Made by a program: the position numbers and the translations under genes. From Zygnema circumcarinatum SAG 698-1b (Eukaryota > Plantae > Zygnematophyceae), in the NCBI GenBank assembly GCA_037447605.1, contig CM074804.1, positions 6,425,909-6,489,908 on the forward strand: a stretch of 64,000 nt of DNA. Reading direction: 5' to 3'. Position 1 is the first letter of the stretch. Every line of letters starts with the position of its first letter. Under the pieces are notes generated by a model, which worked only from the letters and a program-made list of their open reading frames with translations, was not told the DNA's origin and ran no database searches. Of this stretch, positions 34,391 through 46,900 are shown one piece after another.

Positions 34391-34409
34391 CCAATCAAAG
34401 TGTCCCACG
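34391..34409 (+). promoter_or_regulatory. ERSE-type element CCAAT-N9-CCACG, about 180 bp upstream of the PPR ATG
   Basis: CCAAT CAAAGTGTC CCACG is an exact match. Confidence 0.5.
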
Positions 34410-34591
34410 TCAGCCGCGAGGGCACGCCGATTCGCTCCACGTACGGCAATTCTACCGTACGGTACTGCACTTTCTTACTGTAATCCACTGGACTCGAGGG
34501 GCTGCGCATCGGACGGTCAGTGGCCGCTTAATCTCGCACGTGCCGTCGCACTCCCCCTTGAAAGCTTGCTGAGGATGAGGATGAAGTAGCC

Positions 34592-37500
34592 ATGGCGGCA
34601 CAGAGCTCGAGGGCGCAATGGCGGCTGCACGCAGGAGGAGGAGAGGCCTCCGAGCGTCTTCCAAAGGTTTCTGTGAATAGCAGAACATGGCGATACCTGG
34701 AGGACGACTGCGGCGGAGGCGTAAGCTGGAGGGAGCTGCGGCGGTGGAAGCCATGGCGCTCAGCACAATGCCACGTATCGCTGGGCATCTCCGAAGGCAA
34801 GGAAGGACGTTCGTCGCCGTTTTCGGCGCTGGAAAGCGCTTCCGAGCGGCCAGATCCTGTCTTCACTCCGAAGGTCGACTCCATCTTCTCTCTTGCTGGC
34901 GGTTAGTTCCTCTGTTTGTCACAGGCTTTTAAGATCAGGGTTTGAAAGGCCTTCTGAACTTATGACGCTGAGACTTTTTTCAGATTTGCGACTCATTCTG
35001 TGGGCTGTGTTTTCTTTACGATACTCTTAGATCTTCTTTGTGCTTGCTTATTTAGATGATCATTTTTGTTGGAGTCCGCAAACAATGCAACTAAAACTTT
35101 GATGTTGTTACAAGAGAAGTAACTTTTCCATAGGAGAAAACCAAAGTGATGCTTCAAAAGGTGAAAGAATGTAAGGAGCTACAATAATTATCGCTGTGCA
35201 AGCTTGTGAAGCTGGTAGTGTTTTTGATGTGGCAGGTTGGCCCTCGCCAAAGGCCCGGTGTCATAAGGAAGTTGTCGGCAGACCGAGCTGGACAGCTAGT
35301 GGATAAGGTCAATCGTGAATTGCCAGATGGCAAGAGTAGAAGCTTCTTAAGTCCAGCAACCGAGTTACGAGATGGCACTATCAAGGCAAATGACGTCCAA
35401 AATGCAGTTGAGCAGAAAGAAGCCAAGCAAGTCCGGTTGGACAGGAAAATGAAGGATAGTGATGGCGTTTTTGTTCCAAGAGGACAGCAATTGGTGAAGC
35501 AGGTAGCAATAGCGCTGTTGGCCAATGGGAATGCATCGGCTGGCGAGGTTCTTGGTCCTTACGTTTCCAGATTAAATTCGGATTCTGGCAATTGGAACAA
35601 GGTGCGTTGCTGCCCTTGCTCCTCTCTGTCATGCCAGCGAAGAGGAGTATTTTAATGCTCTATTTTCCCCTAATAATTTTGCTAAGCGATGGGAGACAAG
35701 GAATTTAAGGTTGGCGTTTAGGGCTATGGCGCCTCATGCATACAAACAAGTTCGAGTTATTCGCAAGGGGATAGTCTTGTCCAAGGCCCCTAATTTTTCT
35801 AGAAATATCTTTCTGTTCGTGTGTGACACACTTGCAGCAGGTTCAGCTCCACATAAGCTGTAGCTTTTTATCAGGCCATGGATAGCATTTTTCTTTTTCC
35901 ACCTGTATGTGACGGATCGCAGTTTTGGTCATCTTCGCAGATTCCATTCCAGATATGGAATGCAAGAACTTTAGCAAGGGTTTGCCTAATATGTCGCCTG
36001 GTTACCTCTAACAGGTGATGACGGAACTTGAGAAACGAGGAGCACGTAAACGTGCTCTACATGTATTTGAGTTCATGGTAGAGTTGACAAAGGCAGGAAA
36101 AATGCGGTTGCAACAGCATAATTTCAACACTATAATTCTCATACTCGGACGGGAAGGAAAACTGCGTATTGCCCAGCAGATATTTGACTCCATGCCAGAA
36201 TTGACCACTCATCGGGGCATCACTACATACTGCTCCCTCATGACAGGGTGAGTGCTTCACAAATTGTCTTCAGAGAATCTCCATTTTTTACTCATTCTTG
36301 AAATAGACTGAAGCTGGCTTTCCACGGGACTGCTCTGCTGTGGCGCAAACGGGTCTGCAGGTAGTTCACGTTATCACTGTTGCTGGAAATACTGTGTGTC
36401 ACTTTGGAAAGCATGCAAAGTACGAGTAACATCGATAGTTTCTTTTCAGACCACCACCATCAAAGAGTATGGCTGCATTTGGATTATTGTCCATGCTTCT
36501 AGACTTTGCCATGTCACTAAGCGGTATATTGTGGGGAGGCAGATATTCGAAGCACCGACTCGTAAAGGAGGCCTTTGAGGTTTTCGAGCAGATGCAAGTG
36601 GAGGGAACTAAGCCTAATCTGGTGGCCTACAATATCCTAATCCACGCTTGCGCCAAGAGTGGTCTTCGGATCAGTAAGGTATTGTAATAACTTGAATCAT
36701 ACTTCACATGATGTAGGACTTGGAATGACGTAAGAGGAAACAATTTGGCTTAGACCGAATCTTAGCGATGAGGCATTCACTTATTTTCTGACCTATTCAT
36801 AATAGCATTATGAACGGCGCTTCAAATAACGAACTGAGGTTGTTTCCCTTCTTGATGGTGTAAAGCATGCTTCCCCTTCGCTGAATGGCATTCATGCGAA
36901 GGTATTTGAACGGAAGCGGAGGACTATTTGACCTTTAGTCTCACTTGGCCCTACCATTAGCAGGAATCCAAGGATTCGGCACAGCCTCTTCACGACACTA
37001 CCGGATCCACATGGTTACATGTGACCTGTGCCTGTGACCTACTGCCAGACTATTGTGTGTTATTCAATGCTGACTCTTTGTTATTTATGGACAAGTGGAA
37101 GGGGACCTTGCCTGATTCATTGAACAAATAGAGGTTTGGTCTTCAGGAGGCCAATGTATGTACTAAGACTCTGACTGTGCAGAGCAGGCCGTGCAGTTAT
37201 ATGCGCAAATGAAGGAGAATAAGATCGAGCCTGATGGGATAACGTTCAACTCTATGATCAATGCATGCATGCGAGGAGGCTTACTGGAGGAGGCGCTGGC
37301 GGTGTTCCAAGAGATGAAGGCCTCTGAATGTGCTCCGAACGTAGTAACATACTCCATTTTGGTGGATGCCCTCGGAAAAACGGGGCGCCTGGAGGATGCC
37401 ACCAGAATTTTCCTGGTGAGTAAATTTATGGATTCTCGATTCGCTGAACGTGAGGTGTCTTTCAAAAGACAAGCAAGCATCAAGCATTGACTTAGTAAAA

Positions 37501-40200
37501 GATGTTGAAAAAAAAAATGTGACCCTTAACCAAAAAACTCGGAAAGTTCAGAAGTAGGTAACGAGTTCAGGATCATATACTTATGCATCCACTTCGCACT
37601 ACTGTGCAGTCTGTTCAAACATCGTTCTTTTTTTCAGAAGTGGAAAGACGGGGATTGGTCTACCCTCTTAATATCACAAAATTCACATTCAATTGAATGT
37701 AAACAAGCGAATGCATCATTTTATAGATATGACGAGGTGGATAAGTGTCTGCCAATGGTTCAATATGATTATATGAGGCAAATGGCTTTCTGCATGTGGG
37801 TTGTCGTTTTGGCAAGTAATAATTGATCACCGTATGTCATTTTGAAACTACATTTGGTGCAGGTATTGAAAAGGAGTAGTCTTTGAGCATGGTGCATAAA
37901 GCCATCCAAACACTAAAATCTTTTTATAGCTTTTTGGTAGCAGGAGATGAAGGAGTATGGCCATGATCCCAATGCATGGACATACAATGCCCTAATCCGA
38001 GCCTTCGGCAAGGCCGGTCAGTTTAGGGAGGCTGTGGGAGTGTACAAGGACATGGAAAGTGCAGGTGGGTGACATATGGTACTCATTGTGGGCAGTTGAA
38101 ACCATCAACTGACTGCCTTTTTGCTTCTGCTTCTGCTTCCCTTCTGCTTTTTTCAAGCCTTTCATATTCTGATTGGAATCAAGTTTCGGACAGCATCTTG
38201 CTTTTGATTTCAAATTGTCACTGTCACTACTTCTGACACGCCGTTTTGGGCCACAATGCGAAGTGTGTAAATTCGTGTATCTAAGGTAAGACATTCCATG
38301 ATCGACTTGAAAGTGAACTTTGGATGACCATACAACTGCCAGGGCTGGTGGCTGTATTCTCAGCAGCAGCGTGGTCGGAAATGAGGTGCAGGTCTGGAAC
38401 CTGACCTGTTTACGTACAACACCGTCTTAACACTTTATGGGCAAGAAGGGTATATGGAAGAAGCTGAAGGGGTTTTGAACCAGATGCGACGGAAGGGTTG
38501 TACTCCTGATCGGGTAAAACTATACATGTTCTTTTTTCCAAGTAATCTCAACTCATTTCTTGTACTGTTCACCATAAGGCTTGTGGGAGATCAGAACGTG
38601 GAAGTTGGAAGGCTATATCTGGAAACAGTTGAACCTGTCCCTTCTGCTTGCAAACGGACATTGCTTTGCACTTTCAGTGAAGTTAGTTGTAGACGTTTGT
38701 TTTGCTCAAGACCTACATCCTTGGATTTGCAGAACTCCCCTTTTTGTTCAATCCTAGGTTCAACTCATTGCAGTAGAGCTAAGCAACGCGTTCTGATGGA
38801 CCTTCCTTTGGGATGGTGCCCATGGCTACAGGTGACATACAACATCCTACTTGATGCCTACAGTAAAGGAGGCCACCTTAGCAAGGCCATGTGTGTGCTG
38901 GACACGATGCGGTCCATAGGATGTGCCCCAGATCTCTATACGTACACCATACTGGTTGATGCGTGTAGCAAAAGCGGTTTGATGGAGGAAGCACAGCGAA
39001 TGTTTCAGGTGAAGTCTCTTTGTGGTCCTTGATGTAGAACATTGATGTTATTGCAAGTTAATGCCAAGATGCTATTTCATACGACGTGCTCCATCTTTTT
39101 GAACATTTTTAGTCAAAACTGGAGTCTCTAAACAGACCCTTTGATGCCCTGTAGATGCCTTAGATGCCCGTAATGCCTGGAAGATAGCTTAAGTTGGCGA
39201 GTTTTCGCATTTCCACCGTTTGCATGGCAGCAGTATGTTGGCCCATGCACTCTGAAAAGGTAGATCATCTGAAGCCAGTTACAGGATGAAAAAAAACCTT
39301 TTTTGGCCTAAAACCTTTGTCATACCACGTTATGTTTGCTACAGGATTTGAAGGCTGCAGGTCATACACCAAACTTGGTCGCATACTCTGCAATGATCAG
39401 TGCATACGGTCGAAGGGGCCGGTCGCAAGAAGCCGAGCGGTTGTGGCAGGAGATGCGGGTGTCAGGTTGCCGTCCCAATGCGTTGACGTATTGTGGCCTT
39501 ATTAATGCTTATGCTCAGCAGGGCAATCACATGGCAAGTGCTGGCAACCATAAATGCACTCCCAATGAACCTGTTACGCTTGTGATTTCTACAAATGGGC
39601 GAATGGGAATCATCCATAGCAGTACAGACCAGTAGAGGCCATGATGTACGATTATTGCAGATTCCCTGCTGGTTATTAGGTTTTCAGTTTTGACCAGGGG
39701 GTACTGACTGTTTTATGGGTCCTTCTGCTGGGCGCATGTGCTCCTGAAACATTGCGCAGCGTGCCCAGTCGGCATTCAATGAGATGGTGGTCAGCGGCGT
39801 CCAGGCTGACGTGAAGACCTACACCGTCCTCATGGAGGCGTACGCGCGAGTGGGGGAGTGCCAGAAGGCGGAGCAGATAATGCGTGAAATGCAGCAGCAG
39901 GGGTTCGTTCCCGACGTCGTCACCTACGCCGTCCTTGTGCGCGCGTTTGCTCGCTCTCGCAGGTTTGAGGACGCGCTGAAGTACTTTGAGCATGTAGCGT
40001 TGGAGGGGGACCCCCGGAGTGACATTTACAGGCAGGTGATTCAAAACTACGGAGATCTCTATGTCGAGATAACGGGAAAGCTGCCGGAAGGCGTAAATGA
40101 AACGGAATGGGAGGCAATACGGAAAGCTAAGATGCATAGGGAAGCAGAGGGAGATCCTCGAACTGAACGGAGTGACACCTCCCTTTTGAAAGAGCCTTAA
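34592..40200 (+). CDS. P-type pentatricopeptide repeat protein, probably organelle-targeted, about 10 exons
   Basis: Tandem 35-aa motifs across exons (PNLVAYNILIHACAK, PDGITFNSMINACMRGG, PNVVTYSILVDALGKTG, PDLYTYTILVDACSKSG, PDVVTYAVLVRAFAR). Non-conserved N-terminal extension. Stop at 40200. No E/DYW domain is seen. Confidence 0.92.
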
Positions 40201-40962
40201 AGCTCAGGAAAGAAAGTAGCACGATTTGTAAATATAGCTTGAAGATTTTTTTTTTCGGTTGGCAATGTTGTCTCAAGTGGTACACATCCTTTTGCACTTT
40301 CAGCTGTCATTCCAGAGGACAGCGATGACTTGTCGTCACAAAATTCCCACTTTAGGGGAAGCCGCCCTTATGAGGCGGCCAGAAGTTGCCTGCGTTCACA
40401 CAAGAGCTTGACTCAGGAGTTGCTGGCTCTTTGCTGGCTCCGCCTTTAAGAGTTACATTCAAACTGAAAAAACACGACGATGAACAGGTAGCACTAAGAA
40501 CTCACGAATCCAAAAACATCGTATACACATACCTATGTATGTTATAGTTTGCAAAATATGAGTTCAGTCTGAAATCTGACCTTCGATGATATATACAAGC
40601 ACACAATATTGCACAAGTGCCCATAAGCCTACAATTGTACTCACGTTTCCAGTCTGCCGACCTCGGAAATTGCAAATTCTGCCGTGATATGCAGTCAGAA
40701 TTTCTATGAGAGACCTAACACCTAATAATATTATAATCCCGCCTTTCCTGAATGAAGGCTGTGGGAACTGTTCTTCAGGTAACTATGGAAACAGGTAGTT
40801 TCAGAAAACTCCAGCCTTCTTTCTTCCCTGCAAGAGGGACTCGCCTCTCATCACGTATACATACACTGCCTGCATGCGAGCACTCACAGGGGCCATGGCC
40901 ATCCTGCCGCCCTGCCGCCCTGCGATCCTCGCCTCCCACCTGCAGCCGCCCGCAGGAGTGCC

Positions 40963-42666
40963 TCACGCCACCGCCTGCCCCTCCCGAGGCCATCTGGTCG
41001 CGAGTTCGAACCTCATCCCCCGCAAACTCCGGTACGACCGCGCTCCGCCGCTTCTCCATGCGCAGTTCCCGTTCTCGCGTTCCAACTGCGCAGCGACTTT
41101 GTTCCACATGGAGACGCCTCGTGACACTCGCACTTGCGGCTCCAAGGCGCCGGGAGTGGCCGCCTCCGCGGAGCCGACAGGAGAGCGGGGGGCGGCGGCA
41201 GAGGTCGCCGCCATGGCCGACGGGCGCCATAGCAAGGCGGCGGTTGCTGCTCTGCTGACTGCACGGTCCAAATGTGACATCTTTGAAAACTTTGAAGCAT
41301 TCTCTGCGCAAGAATCTCCTGCTTTCACGCCTGCTGTTGCAGGAGGTTCCGCGCGTGCTGTTGCAGCACGTTCCGCCAGTCTCAGTAGGGAAGGGGGGAA
41401 GGTTTGGGAGTGGCTATCTGCAGAATACAACTGCAGCCATGGATGCTCTAAGACCCTGTCGATTGTTGGCCGCTTGCGGGGATCAGAAGCAAGCATTCGC
41501 GAAACTAAGCTCTTCGCTTGTGCTGAAATTTTCGTCCAAGGTCCTGATTGCAGGTCCGGACATCCTCTCAATATAGCTTGAAATAGGCTGCAGTGCGCAT
41601 CCTCTTCTTCTTCTCCCCTCCCTGCTCCCGTGAAGGGCAGGTCTCCTGATAGCATGAGATATAGTGTCACTCCCAAGCTCCAGACGTCGGCAGGGAAGCC
41701 ATAAGTTCCTCGCCGAGAGCGGGCTGCCTGAGTGCAGAACTCTCCTTCCATGATAGGAATTGTTTCTGGAGCAGAAAAACTATAAGTCGTCACTTGGCCG
41801 CTCGTCGTTTCGCCATCTTTCAGCCTCATGCTCCTTCCAAAATCCGCCAGTTTTACTCTTGGAACCGGCTCCTCTGCGACAGCGCCTTCAGAGAAAGCCT
41901 CTCTATCTCTCTCTTTCTCCCTCAAGCTCGTGCTAACCTGCAGGAGGGAGGAAGGGCCAGGGGGGTACGTCTTCACTCGCCGAAGAGAACTATCTGATGA
42001 ACCGTCGTTTTCCTCTTCTGCTGAAGCGCCATTTGTTTGTTCTTCATATGAAAGCTTCACCTTAGGTTCCGTCTCCCCTCTACAACGAGAGCCAGGCGAA
42101 ACCGGACATGAAGAAGCAAAAGAAGCGAGTGGTCGTTCAAGGAGCACATTTTGCGGCTTAATGTCGCGGTGCAACACTCCTGCATCCACATGGACAAATC
42201 TGACAGCTTCCGCAAGCTGTCTAAAGATTCCAGCTGCTAAAGGCTCCCCCAAACGGTACCCTCCCCGGCCCCGCAGAAACTGGTCCAGGTCTCCGCCCCT
42301 GCAGAGGTCCATGACGAAGTGCACCGACTGCGCGTCCTCGTACACTCCTCGGAGAGCCACGACAGTCGGCGACTGGAACTGCTGCAAGTGTCGCATTACT
42401 GCTGCCTCTTCCAGAATGTGGCCGAGGCCGCCTTCAGGGAAGCCGCAAGACCACTTATCAATAGACTTGCAGGCTGCGAGTTCCTTCGTCCGCTCGTCCT
42501 GGCAAATCCGCACCACTCCAAAGGCGCCGTGGCCGACCGCATTACCGAGCGAGTAATGCGCCGTCACAGCTTCCGCACCAGGAAAAAGGAGGTCGCCATT
42601 TCTTAAGCTCTCTGAGCACTGCTGCCCTTCCACTTGCACGTGCTGCTGCCCCACTGCAGCTGCCAT
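40963..42666 (-). CDS. Ser/Thr protein kinase of the CDPK superfamily without EF hands (PEPC-kinase-related, PEPKR-like), one continuous 567-aa ORF
   Basis: GHGAFG, ACKSIDK, VHFVMDLCRGGDL, HRDIKPQNVLL, KLADFG, APE, ADVWSLGVTLYLMLSGDLPF, PWTKISAQAKSLVSRML...RPT...VLEHPW. The start is taken as MAAAV at 42666, because the upstream part of the called ORF is GA-repeat and promoter sequence. Confidence 0.9.
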   Translation of the reverse strand: MAAAVGQQHVQVEGQQCSESLRNGDLLFPGAEAVTAHYSLGNAVGHGAFGVVRICQDERTKELAACKSIDKWSCGFPEGGLGHILEEAAVMRHLQQFQSPTVVALRGVYEDAQSVHFVMDLCRGGDLDQFLRGRGGYRLGEPLAAGIFRQLAEAVRFVHVDAGVLHRDIKPQNVLLERPLASFASSCPVSPGSRCRGETEPKVKLSYEEQTNGASAEEENDGSSDSSLRRVKTYPPGPSSLLQVSTSLREKERDREAFSEGAVAEEPVPRVKLADFGRSMRLKDGETTSGQVTTYSFSAPETIPIMEGEFCTQAARSRRGTYGFPADVWSLGVTLYLMLSGDLPFTGAGRGEEEEDAHCSLFQAILRGCPDLQSGPWTKISAQAKSLVSRMLASDPRKRPTIDRVLEHPWLQLYSADSHSQTFPPSLLRLAERAATARAEPPATAGVKAGDSCAENASKFSKMSHLDRAVSRAATAALLWRPSAMAATSAAAPRSPVGSAEAATPGALEPQVRVSRGVSMWNKVAAQLERENGNCAWRSGGARSYRSLRGMRFELATRWPREGQAVA

Positions 42667-42689
42667 TAACAAACAGCACCAGCACAACA

Positions 42690-42900
42690 CTCTCCCTCCT
42701 CCCTCCCTTTCTTTCTCTTTTTTCCTCCCCTCTCTCGCTCCTTTTCCTCTCTCTCTCTCCCTCTTCCTCTCTCCCTCTCCCTCCTTTTCCTCTCCCTTTC
42801 TCCCTCCTTTTCCTCTCTCTTTCTCCCTCCTTGTCCTCTCTCCCTCTCCCTCCCTTTCTCTCCTCTCTCTCTCCCTCTCTCTCCTTCCCTCCCTCCCTCT
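42690..42900. repeat. Polypyrimidine/polypurine low-complexity tract upstream of the kinase
   Basis: About 210 bp of almost pure C/T on the plus strand. Confidence 0.95.
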
Positions 42901-43042
42901 CGCCAGACGTTCTCCCTTCCTCCCTGCGCAGCGCAGCGGAGGGAGAGTGCGCGTACGTGCGCCCACGCACAGCACGTTGCCGTTGCGCAAACGTTTTGGA
43001 CAATGCCACGTGTCATCAGCTGAGTTTCCCCTCGTGTGCCAA

Positions 43043-43061
43043 CGTGGCGATAGGCGATTGG
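43043..43061 (-). promoter_or_regulatory. ERSE-type element CCAAT-N9-CCACG upstream of the kinase, next to the G-box GCCACGTGTC
   Basis: The plus strand reads CGTGG CGATAGGCG ATTGG, an exact match on the minus strand. Confidence 0.5.
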
Positions 43062-43965
43062 TGACACGAACGCAGCCGCGCTCTGGTTGGTGGTGAGCCC
43101 TCCGCCCTGCGCTCCGATTGGCCCGCGAAGTTGACCGCGGCGGACTGGCGCCTTCGTGGTTTGACTGCCACGGGCGCCACGTCGGACGGCGGCGCTGCGG
43201 TCGGTCCGCCGCGCTCTGCCGCTTAGGCCGTGGGCACAACCGGACGGAGGGACGTTGGTTACCTTGTGGGCGGATGGACGATCGGACGTTGGTTACGTTG
43301 CGGGCGGACAAACGGGCGGACGGACGGACGTTGCGAACTGCCGGCCAAGTGCGCCGGTTGAAACCGCCGGCGCCGACCGCGAGCGGGCCGTGAGGTGGGG
43401 CCGGGTTTGCTGCGGCGCAGGGAAAGGAAGGCTACAAGGGGAGGAGGTTCGCGGGGAGCTTCTGGCGGGCGGTTGGAGCAGTGGCTGGACTCGGAAGGGC
43501 TGGTCTACTGTGTTCTTGGAAACCGAACTCTATGCCGACTTTCAAGCTACGATGATAAAAAATGGTCGAGCTTTTCAAAGGCAATATTACGTACTGTAGC
43601 CTCTCGAGAACACGTACGTCCAAACGCTGACCAAGCCAAGTACTTGTCCGACCACATGCAGATGCTGATTACTGTTGCCAACATTCCTTGTTTGACAGCG
43701 GATCCCGCGTCCCTCCCTCAACTGCGTGCACCCACATAGGGCCGCCCGCTAGCCTCACAGCAAACGTCCACTAGACTAAACAATGAGAGCCTACAAGCGA
43801 GAACCAAAAAAGACCCGTTTCTGTGCAACCATGGGCTTTCTGGCTTCATGGGTCAGCACATGTCAGACAGGTCGGCAAAAACGAGAGACCAAAATTGAGT
43901 TACAAATGCTGCCTGATAAACCTAAACTATAGCTGCGGCTAATTTTCCAGTGTCAAAAAGGCAGT

Positions 43966-46900
43966 TCACATGTCGAGAACAAAGCAAGCACGGAGATGTT
44001 GCAAAAGGCGTCTCAGGTGCTCAACGTTTCCTTCAAGCTTTCCTTGCTGCAGCCAAGCGAACAACATAATTCATTCACTATTATTTGCTTCATTTACGTG
44101 TGGAAAACTGACTACGGGAAACCAACTAAGCAACCAGTAACTACACGCTCCACAACAAATCTTTAGGCAAAAATACGTGACACTAGAAGCAATGGACTGC
44201 GCTGCGCAGGACAACATCAGCAATTAGCTTTGTCTGACAGCCGATCGAGAAGTCCATCAGACGCAAACTGAGCGCGACTTAGTATTTGGCTCCTAGTGCA
44301 ACAACCTTTGCATATAAGACAAGAACTACGTGTGTGTGTGAGAGACAGAGAGAGAGAGAGAAAAAAGAGAGAGCAAGCGAAAAGAAAGAGAAACGAGAGA
44401 GAGTGAAGGCAATAACTCGCACCTGGTGGCCCTCTTCCAATCGCTGTACACTCTGCAGGACAGTATTCATCACGGCCCTCACTGCATCCTCGTCGCCGAT
44501 TCGCTCTACATGTGGCTGTCGTTCAAAGTGAGTGCATAAGATCTCGACGCACTTCTCAATGATGAAAAGAAGTGTGGAAATCTCCTTGTCTTTCGTTGTA
44601 GACACTCGCACCATTTCCTGAATAGCGAGGTAGCGCCTAATGTTCCATTCTCCACCGAAACGCATCACATCATCAATCCGTTAGGACCGAGGACTGGGCC
44701 CAACTAGGAGGTTAACGCAACCGAGGAACGCCAAGCATCAAGCACGAGCTCCATCAGACTAAGTCAAAGGTCGAGGATGCTAGACGACTGCATGATAACG
44801 AGAACTCAAAAATTCTTGAACATCGCCCAATCGAAGTTCAAAAGAATCAGTCTATGTTTCCAAGCTAAAACCGTCCATACTCGTCCGTACACAGACTGCC
44901 CTGCTCACCTGCTCCGGAGGCTTTCCGTTGACGTCGGAGCATGTCCCGTTCCATATGTCTTGATCAGCTCCTCGACCTCGTGCCTAGATACCTCGTTCAC
45001 ATCCCGAATCTGCACGCCCCCGACTTGCGATCAACAAGGAGGCTCACAAAGGGTGAGGTACAACACGCTCTCCAAAGAGATTTTTGTTTGCATCAACTGC
45101 AAATGGCCGACAGTCCAAGATCACCTTTGAACGAAGAATGGCCTTGTCCTCTATGGCCGTCAGAAGCTCCATTGTCATCTCTTTCAAAAATTGTGCTATC
45201 AGCATCAGAGTTGGCTGTCTGTTATGTCTCCTCCGCCTGCCCCTATCTGAGCCGGCCACTTCTGAGACCTGCCCACCACATGCACCGCACGCGATTCATT
45301 GGCATATCCCATTGAAGGCCTTTCCAAACACAGCCTTCCATGCAAAATTTCTGTGGACTTCCCAAAGGGGCAATTCACATCCAGAACGATTGCTTCAATT
45401 TTGACTGTATACACGAAGAAGTAGTGGCAGAGCTCCAAACCAATTTCGTTCCAAGCAACCATAGGTGTCAGGATCAATACCGTTAGAATCAGCTAATGCC
45501 GAACATTTTAATACTTCTATAACCACTGCTGAGTTACATCGATAGAGGCAAATGATGTCCACGAGAGTGCACGCCATCAAACATTAAGACTTCAGCGTGT
45601 TGGAGTGTCATGGACAACCTGCTCGCGGGTCGCATGAAAAGTAACTCCTTGTTGAACCACACAAGTATGCAGATAGGCGATCATATTTCTCCGTACATGC
45701 AACACTTCTACTTCCATTAGCCGCGCCATCTGATTCATCACTCCACCAACACAAAGCCAATCGTCACGTATCAGACGGCGTGGCAACCTAACACTAGGTA
45801 AACAATTAATGAATGATCCGAAAAGATTGATCAAGTATGACACAAAGTTAAGATTTTGATGCTCTGACTACCACAACACATTGGACTGAATACCACTCAC
45901 CTCTCTTTGCTCGGGTGAAGGGTCTGATGAGCCAGAAATCTCTTGCATGAATTGGATATGCTTCACTTGTGATTCCGCCGATGGAGCAAGATACCGCAAC
46001 GACACCTGATACAGCAGCTCTTGCCACTTTGCACGCACTTCGCTAATTTGTACCACCTGAAGGAAATGCACAGGCTCAAGATGGTTGGAAAATTTCTTGG
46101 TGGCAAAAGTTGGCTGAGGAGCGTTTACAGGCATGGCAGTACAAGCTCTTTCGCTATTTTGTCAGTGCCTGAGAAGACTCCAAGACTTTCTCATATCTCT
46201 CCTTCCCATTCCCATGTCCCCTGAAAGAAACAGGCAGACTTCACTTATACTTCATACTGGTCCCAGACCATGACTCTCATCATCCCTTCCGAGTTTTTTG
46301 GCTTTTCACCTCGCATGCATCACTCACTCCCTTCCATTCTCTCCCTCAACCGCCAAGACCAGCCTCGACACAACTCACCCTTCTCAAGATGTCGGTTACC
46401 AAAGCCAACTCCTGCAATTCTTCCAAACGTGGAACGGGACTTCCGTCTGACAGTACGTGCTCAATCAGAGCCTCATGCAGGTCAACAAAATTCACCACCC
46501 CCAGCGAAGCTTCATCTCTTGCCTGCCCACCACACAGCATCATCATCAGTATCGACCCATAGCTACTCCAAAGAACAACAGAACAGTGCACGCTACAAGA
46601 ATAAAAACCAAATGAAAAAGGTTAAGCTTTCATGATTTGGGGAGCCTTCACGGCTAGCACCTCCATGGTAGGTTCAACGGCACTCTGGATAAGAGTCGAT
46701 ATAGAAAGCACCAATTGCAGGATAGGAGTTGCAATTCTATGGTAGCGATCACGCTGAGTGGGCACTACGTTTCCAATTGTCCTCCTCACAGAATCCAGTT
46801 CACCCTGCATGACAGCCATGACATCCCATTAGTACATTGGACCTCGACTGCATCACTCAAACGTATAACCCAAAACAAGGCTGAACAAATGAACGCGCGC

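Noticed and set aside
42667-43311. N-terminal 215 aa of the 782-aa kinase ORF
   Set aside because: It is translated GA-repeat and GC-rich promoter sequence with a non-ATG start.
44180-44267. Alternative last exon for NUP205
   Set aside because: 43966-44046 gives a better match to the plant NUP205 C-terminus, in the correct phase.
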